Positions 35,486 to 39,891 of a stretch of 39,891 bases of DNA are shown piece after piece; the first letter of the stretch is position 1, and each line of letters opens with the position of its first letter. The notes beneath the pieces were generated by a model, which searched no databases, was not told where the DNA came from, and was given only the letters and a program-made list of their open reading frames with translations. The translations under genes were made by a program, and so were the position numbers. Source of the stretch: Candidatus Ventricola sp. (GTDB lineage Bacteria; Bacillota; Clostridia; Christensenellales; Aristaeellaceae); assembly GCA_051886775.1 (NCBI GenBank), contig JBJEYK010000043.1, positions 1 through 39,891 on the forward strand. Reading direction: 5' to 3'.

Positions 35486-35603
35486 GCTGTGTCCTCCTGC
35501 TTCATGCCGCCCGGCGCACCGGGCGCGTATACGCAAAAACATATTCGACGAAAAGCAGGCCCTCCCTGCATGGACGCCGTTTTTTTCAATAATTCGTTGA
35601 ATA

Positions 35604-35636
35604 ATACATAAAACAGACGCCCTGTTCGGCGTCTGA
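35604..35636 (-). terminator. Terminator after the response regulator gene
   Basis: Minus strand reads CAGACGCC-gaacag-GGCGTCTG followed by TTTTATGTATTATT. Confidence 0.7.
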
Positions 35637-35661
35637 TTCATATAGGGTGCGCATTCCTGCG

Positions 35662-36369
35662 TCAGTCCCCCTCGATCATCCGGTAGCCCACGCCCACCTC
35701 AGTGAAGATATACTGCGGCTCGGCGGGGTTTTTCTCGATCTTGCGGCGGATGTTGGCCATGTTGACGCGCAGAATCTGGTTGTCGCAGGCCTTGTTCGGG
35801 CCCCAGATCTCGCGGATGAGGTAGTCGTATGTCAGCACGCGGCCCGCGTAGCGGCCCAGCAGCGCCACGAGCTTGAACTCGTTCTGCGTCAGGCACGCGT
35901 CCTCGCCGCGGATATAGACGCGGTACTTGTCGTAGTCGATGACCAGCTCCCTGGCCTGGAAGCGGTTGCTCCGGGCGATGGAGGCATTGCCGCCAGTGGT
36001 GCGCGTGTGGCGGATCGCTGTGCGGATGCGCGCCAGCAGCTCGGAGGTGCCAAACGGCTTGGTGATGTAGTCGTCGGCGCCGGCGTCCAGCGCGCGCACC
36101 TTTTCGTGCTCGTCCGTGCGGGCGGAGACGACGACCACCGGCATCAGCGACCAGGTGCGCAGCTCGCGCAGCACGGCCATGCCGTCCATGTCCGGCAGCC
36201 CCAGATCCAGAATGACCACGTCCGGGCAATGGGAGGCCAGCAGGCTGGTCGCCTCACGCCCCGTGTTGACCACCAGCGTCTCGTAGCCGTTGGCCTCCAG
36301 CACGCGCCGGATAAAGCTGCAAATTGCGCGATCGTCCTCGACGATCATCACCCTGCCTTTAACCGCCAT
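35662..36369 (-). CDS. OmpR-family response regulator, KdpE-like
   Basis: 235 aa from MAVKGRVMIVEDD: ILDLGLPDMDG, SARTDEHEKVRALDAGADDYITKPF, then a winged-helix output domain (LTQNEFKLVALL...VNMANIRRKIE...IFTEVGVGYRM). Confidence 0.9.
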   Translation of the reverse strand: MAVKGRVMIVEDDRAICSFIRRVLEANGYETLVVNTGREATSLLASHCPDVVILDLGLPDMDGMAVLRELRTWSLMPVVVVSARTDEHEKVRALDAGADDYITKPFGTSELLARIRTAIRHTRTTGGNASIARSNRFQARELVIDYDKYRVYIRGEDACLTQNEFKLVALLGRYAGRVLTYDYLIREIWGPNKACDNQILRVNMANIRRKIEKNPAEPQYIFTEVGVGYRMIEGD

Positions 36370-37465
36370 CGCTCTTTTCCTCCTCCATCGGCAGCACGAA
36401 GCAGACCTGCGCGCCGCCCTCCTTTTGGTTCTGCGCGCGCATGGTGCCGCCGTGCGCACGCACAATGCTCATGCAGGCCGACAGCCCGATGCCCAGGCTT
36501 CGCCGCCCGTCGCCCTCCTTCTCGTGAGGGAACAGCTCGTCAAACAGCTTGGGCAGCACCGCCTTGTCGATGCCCGCGCCGTCGTCCTGCACGCAAAAGC
36601 ACGCCCCTTCGCCCTCCCGGGAGACGACGATCTCGATGCCCGTCGCGCCGCGGGCGTGCACCACTGCGTTTTCCATCAGGTTGATGAGCACCTGCTCGAT
36701 CAGCGTCGCGTCCATCGGCACGATCAGCAGCTCGTCGGGCACATGCACCCGCACAGGCATGCTGCGGCTCTTGCGGAACTTATCCACCGCCTCTGCCACG
36801 ATCTCCTCAGCGGCCTCCGGCGTCTTTCGGATGCGCACCACGCCGTCCTTGATGCGGGTGATGGACAGGATGTTCTCCACCAGGCGCACCAGCCACTGCG
36901 CGTCGTCGCGCACGTGGGCGAGCAGATCGCGCTTCACCTCGTCGGAGAACACGTCGTAATTCTCCAGCACCGCCGTAGCCGACCCGATAATCGAGGTCAG
37001 CGGCGTGCGCAGATCGTGCGACACGCTGCGCAGCAGGTTGGCCTTGACCTTCTCCTGCTCGGCCTCGGCCTGGATGCGCCCCTGGCGCTTGACCTGCTCG
37101 GTCAGTGTGCTGACGACCATGGACACGGTGAACATCGTCAGGAAGGTGATGGGATAGCCGGTGAGCGTGAAGTTGAACTCGAAATACGGATAGGTAAACG
37201 CGTAATTGACGCTGAACACCGACACCACCGAGGCGAACATGCCGTAGAAATAGCCCTCGGTGCACCGTGCCGTCAGCAGCACGGCCAGCACAAACACCAG
37301 CGGCACGGCGCTGTCGTTGTGGCCGAGCCGGTTGATCCCGGCGCAGAAGATCGCCGCAGCCGCCAGCAGCGCCAGCGTCACAGCCAGATTCCGGGCGATC
37401 TGCCTGCCGCTCTGCTGGCGCGGGATGAGCAGCTCCCGCAGCCAGGCCATTCTCCCGGGCTTCAT
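36359..37465 (-). CDS. Sensor histidine kinase, KdpD C-terminal-half type (TM bundle + HisKA + HATPase, no N-terminal KdpD/Usp domain)
   Basis: 368 aa from MKPGRMAWL (GGGGGGA RBS). Four TM helices, H-box LLRSVSHDLRTPLTSI, G1 VQDDGAGI, G2 GIGLSAC. It overlaps the RR gene by 11 nt. Confidence 0.85.
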   Translation of the reverse strand: MKPGRMAWLRELLIPRQQSGRQIARNLAVTLALLAAAAIFCAGINRLGHNDSAVPLVFVLAVLLTARCTEGYFYGMFASVVSVFSVNYAFTYPYFEFNFTLTGYPITFLTMFTVSMVVSTLTEQVKRQGRIQAEAEQEKVKANLLRSVSHDLRTPLTSIIGSATAVLENYDVFSDEVKRDLLAHVRDDAQWLVRLVENILSITRIKDGVVRIRKTPEAAEEIVAEAVDKFRKSRSMPVRVHVPDELLIVPMDATLIEQVLINLMENAVVHARGATGIEIVVSREGEGACFCVQDDGAGIDKAVLPKLFDELFPHEKEGDGRRSLGIGLSACMSIVRAHGGTMRAQNQKEGGAQVCFVLPMEEEKSDGG

Positions 37466-37553
37466 CGCGTGGTTTTCCCCCCTTGCCCCATTCTTCCGCC
37501 TGCGCGCATCGGGCACAAACGGCGAAATGGCGGCGGTACGTCGGTTCTGTTTC

Positions 37554-37562
37554 ATTATATCA
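37554..37562 (-). promoter_or_regulatory. Extended -10 (TGaTATAAT) promoter for the HK/RR operon
   Basis: Minus strand reads ctgTGaTATAATgaaac, ~90 nt upstream of the HK start. Confidence 0.45.
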
Positions 37563-37646
37563 CAGCATGGCGTCAAGCCTGCGTTAAGATTGAACGTCAT
37601 GTTACAAAAATGTAAAAAACAATTGCTTTCCTTTTCAGCAATGCCA

Positions 37647-37655
37647 TGCTATAAT
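37647..37655 (+). promoter_or_regulatory. Extended -10 (TGcTATAAT) promoter reading towards the small ORF and tRNA
   Basis: ccaTGcTATAATggcgc. The predicted TSS lies downstream of the track ORF's ATG at 37654. Confidence 0.45.
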
Positions 37656-37701
37656 GGCGCTCGTTTGTTTGAAGAATGATTCTGTAAGGAGGCGTGCAAT
37701 C

Positions 37702-37866
37702 GTGCCGCTTGTCATCTGCACCCTGTTTTTCATCGCGCTGTTTTGCTGCGAGGGCTTCTGGCATCTGGCCTGCATAGCCGAGCGCGAAAGCGAGCTGCGC
37801 CGCTATCAGGCCGTCGAGCATCCGCGCCGCGCAACCAGCGACCGCTACCTCGACCTGCTGGGATAA
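37702..37866 (+). CDS. Hypothetical 54-aa single-TM peptide
   Basis: GTG start with AGGAGG 8-9 nt upstream: VPLVICTLFFIALFCCEGFWHLACIAERESELRRYQAVEHPRRATSDRYLDLLG. I recognise no homology. Confidence 0.3.
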   Translation: MPLVICTLFFIALFCCEGFWHLACIAERESELRRYQAVEHPRRATSDRYLDLLG

Positions 37867-37915
37867 TGCCTTGGCCCGGATAATCTCTCCCCCCGGATAA
37901 TTTCTCTGCCATCCC

Positions 37916-37945
37916 TTGACTTTCCTGCCCCTGTTGGGCTATACT
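37916..37945 (+). promoter_or_regulatory. tRNA-Leu promoter (TTGACT-18-TATACT)
   Basis: ccTTGACTttcctgcccctgttgggcTATACT, ending 13 nt before the mature tRNA 5' end. Confidence 0.6.
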
Positions 37946-37958
37946 GATATACGCATTT

Positions 37959-38042
37959 GCCGGTGTGATGGAATGGCAGACGTGACGGACTCAAAATCCG
38001 TTGGGGCGACCCGTGTGGGTTCGAGTCCCACCACCGGCACCA
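37959..38042 (+). tRNA. tRNA-Leu (anticodon CAA), type II with long variable arm and encoded CCA
   Basis: The acceptor stem GCCGGTG pairs with CACCGGC. The anticodon stem ACGGA/TCCGT carries the loop CTCAAAA. Variable arm TGGGGCGACCCGTG, T-arm GTGGG-TTCGAGT-CCCAC, discriminator A, then CCA. Confidence 0.9.
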
Positions 38043-38050
38043 TCATAAAG

Positions 38051-38081
38051 CGCTGATCCTGATCGAGGGTCAGCGTTTTTT
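38051..38081 (+). terminator. Rho-independent terminator after tRNA-Leu
   Basis: CGCTGA...TCAGCG followed by TTTTTT. Confidence 0.75.
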
Positions 38082-38116
38082 CTTGGTATTTGGGCGGAAA
38101 ACCGCGACGGCCTCTC

Positions 38117-38145
38117 TTGAAAAGCGAAATGGGATGGAGTATAAT
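38117..38145 (+). promoter_or_regulatory. Near-consensus promoter (TTGAAA-17-TATAAT) of the surface-protein gene
   Basis: tcTTGAAAagcgaaatgggatggagTATAAT, ~100 nt upstream of the ATG at 38247. Confidence 0.65.
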
Positions 38146-38246
38146 GAATCATCCTGATGACACATGGGCTGCGCCCCGGTGCGCGGCAGGAACAGGCGGG
38201 CACAGGGTGACCGCAAGCAACACAAGGACAAAGCGAGGACGAAGCC

Positions 38247-39891
38247 ATGAAGAAAACCATTCTGTGCCTCCTGCTGACGCTGGGCCTGCTGCTGCTGAGC
38301 GCGGCGGCGATGGCGGTCAGCAGGCCGGAAGATTATAGCTTTGATATTACCGAGGGCGATATCACCATCGAGGATGCCGGCACGTCGGAAATGGTCAAGG
38401 TCACCTACGGCAACGGCAACCCGCAGTCAACAACGGATGCATTTGACCCGCAGGAGCAGGAAATCGCTGTGGTGGGAGGTTATCACAGCAATTCCCCTCA
38501 ACTCTCCATCCAGACAACAGAGCCGGTGAAGATCCGTTATGGAGTTATGTGCGAGGACATAATCGTGACAAACATCATCATTGCCGACAATGCTGATGTT
38601 ACACTTATCCCGGACAGTGATCCTTGTGATGTAAGTGGCGCATATGATTTTCCTGGCATCGAGCTTGGCAGCGGCAGCAAGCTGACAATCCAAGCTGAAT
38701 ACCCAAACAGGGATTTACGGGTTCAAGGCGTACAGAGCGCCATCCTTGGCCTGGGCAGTGACGAAACCCCAGCTACAGTCATCCTCAATTCCGGTAAAGT
38801 GTGGTTTAACCGACTATCCGGTTCCGGCATCAGCGGAAACGTCAACCTCGTCATCAACGGCGGCAGGCTCGAGGCCTACGACAAAAACATCAACGTCCAG
38901 AACCTCATCGTCACCGGCGGCGAGCTGTGGGCGGGGTCGGACAGCAGCACGAAGGTCACCTATCAAAACCTGAGAAACTATTCAAACCAAATCACATGCA
39001 CCGCGGGCATTCTGCCCTATGATGAAGAGAACTACGATAGCAAGTTGGTTGTTTTCGGCGATCTGACGCTCCCGGATGACCTGACCATCCCCACGGGCAA
39101 GACGCTGACCGTCCCCGAGGGCAAAACGCTGACCATTCCCGAGGGCAGAACGCTGACCGTCCCCGAGGGCGCGACGCTGACCATCCCCGAGGGCGCGACG
39201 CTGGATGTTCGGGGCTGCCTGACCGTCAACGGCGACCTGATCCTGAACGGCGATCTGAAGGTCGGTCAAAAGGGCACTGTCCGGTTTTCCGTCAAGCTGG
39301 ACGCGGGCATGGGCACGATTGCCAGCGGCAAGGATGTGGGCTACTACACCTACGGCGTGGGCGCGACGCTGCCGGGGGAGGGCGACGTGACCCGCACCGG
39401 CTACAAATTCGCGGGCTGGTATGACAACGCAGACTGCACCGGCGACGCGGTGAGTGAAATCGACAAAAAGGCAATCGGCGTCAAGAAATACTGGGCGAAG
39501 TGGAATGCCAGATACAATGTGAAGCTGCACCCGAACGGCGGCACGATCATCAGCGGCGACGTGGACTCCTACACCCACGGCGAGGGCGCGACGCTGCCCT
39601 CCGAAGTGACCCGCTCGGGCTACACCTTCGCGGGCTGGTTCGCCGACAAGGGTCTCACCGATGGCCCCGTTTGGGCCATCGACCCGACGGAAACCGGCGA
39701 TAAGACCTTCTGGGCGGGCTGGATCGCCGCGCCCGTGATCACCTCCCCGACGGAGAACCGCACCGTCAGCGTATACGAGGGCGATCAGGCGACGATGACC
39801 GTCTCGGCAGAACACGCGGCGGCCTATCAGTGGTACATGAGCACCGACGGCGGCAAGAGCTGGGCCGAGTGCGGCGGGAACAGCCCCACCT
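38247..39891 (+). CDS. Large secreted/cell-surface repeat protein (signal peptide, beta-helix-like region, PEGxTLT heptad repeats, Listeria-Bacteroides 'Flg_new' repeats, Ig-like repeats); runs off the right edge
   Basis: Absent from the track because it has no stop. I translated the frame by hand from the ATG at 38247 and it stays open to the window end. Signal peptide MKKTILCLLLTLGLLLLSAAAMA, then ...TIPTGKTLTVPEGKTLTIPEGRTLTVPEGATLTIPEGATL... Two TR(T/S)GY(K/T)FAGW(Y/F)...(Y/F)WA(K/G)W modules follow. GAGGA RBS. Confidence 0.8.
   Translation, partial: MKKTILCLLLTLGLLLLSAAAMAVSRPEDYSFDITEGDITIEDAGTSEMVKVTYGNGNPQSTTDAFDPQEQEIAVVGGYHSNSPQLSIQTTEPVKIRYGVMCEDIIVTNIIIADNADVTLIPDSDPCDVSGAYDFPGIELGSGSKLTIQAEYPNRDLRVQGVQSAILGLGSDETPATVILNSGKVWFNRLSGSGISGNVNLVINGGRLEAYDKNINVQNLIVTGGELWAGSDSSTKVTYQNLRNYSNQITCTAGILPYDEENYDSKLVVFGDLTLPDDLTIPTGKTLTVPEGKTLTIPEGRTLTVPEGATLTIPEGATLDVRGCLTVNGDLILNGDLKVGQKGTVRFSVKLDAGMGTIASGKDVGYYTYGVGATLPGEGDVTRTGYKFAGWYDNADCTGDAVSEIDKKAIGVKKYWAKWNARYNVKLHPNGGTIISGDVDSYTHGEGATLPSEVTRSGYTFAGWFADKGLTDGPVWAIDPTETGDKTFWAGWIAAPVITSPTENRTVSVYEGDQATMTVSAEHAAAYQWYMSTDGGKSWAECGGNSPT
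39081..39203 (+). repeat. In-frame 21-bp tandem repeat, about 5.8 copies (coding heptad [LT][IV]P[ET]G.T)
   Basis: ctgaccatccccacgggcaag / acgctgaccgtccccgagggcaaa / acgctgaccattcccgagggcaga / acgctgaccgtccccgagggcgcg / acgctgaccatccccgagggcgcg / acgctg. Confidence 0.9.

Noticed and set aside
38146-38246. c-di-GMP or other riboswitch in the ~100-nt leader of the surface-protein gene (tempting because a DGC is nearby)
   Set aside because: I could not recognise GEMM-I/II conserved cores or a terminator/antiterminator arrangement. The leader is short and contains only generic GC stems. It would need an Rfam scan to exclude formally.
39081-39203. Short regularly spaced repeats that might be a mini-CRISPR array
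   Set aside because: The units are contiguous 21-bp repeats with no spacers, in frame within a long ORF, encoding a heptad protein repeat. No cas genes are in the window.
37959-39891. Integrated prophage or ICE at tRNA-Leu
   Set aside because: No integrase, excisionase, phage or conjugation genes and no duplicated tRNA 3' segment are visible within the window. Only the compositional shift and the adhesin-like gene are seen, so it is reported as a possible island edge rather than called a mobile element.

Overview
This is a visibly GC-rich chromosomal segment. Protein signatures suggest an anaerobic Firmicute of the Clostridia, possibly Oscillospiraceae/Ruminococcaceae-like; that placement is inference only. 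I support about 37 protein genes, most on the minus strand, plus one tRNA-Leu(CAA). GC3 bias generates many long 'shadow' ORFs opposite the real genes. Several track ORFs are also real genes with false N-terminal extensions, so I re-derived their starts from the track frames, RBSs and homology.

Layout:
- **1-2.8 kb:** partial Wzx-like flippase, serine hydrolase, GntR regulator.
- **2.9-10.2 kb:** one co-directional housekeeping string with several overlapping or abutting stop/start junctions (alr, 5-formyl-THF cyclo-ligase, membrane protein, rsmD, coaD, coiled-coil protein, GT2, mazG/yabN, hup).
- **10.3-18.7 kb:** membrane and cell-envelope genes, a PHP phosphatase, a ProB-like kinase, rlmH, a CPBP protease, a GT2-GtrA fusion and trpS.
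- **18.8-23.2 kb:** an orphan 89-aa protein with an NrdD-type glycyl-radical C-terminus, a soluble hybrid histidine kinase, and a membrane diguanylate cyclase.
- **23.3-31.8 kb:** the most interesting block. It holds a HydABC-type NADH/ferredoxin-dependent [FeFe]-hydrogenase operon (hydC, GHKL ATPase, small Fd-like protein, hydB, hydA). Upstream of it is a five-gene putative sensing/phospho-signalling cassette: DRTGG, RsbW-like kinase, HydS-like sensory hydrogenase homologue, DRTGG, PHP phosphoesterase. The cassette has no DNA-binding output and no experimentally established function that I know of.
- **32-35.5 kb:** M20 amidohydrolase and NfnAB-like oxidoreductase.
- **35.7-37.5 kb:** KdpE/KdpD-like two-component pair without kdpABC.
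- **37.9-39.9 kb:** tRNA-Leu, then a more A/T-rich, strongly promoted gene for a large secreted repeat protein that runs off the right edge.

I saw no CRISPR array, transposase, integrase or rRNA.
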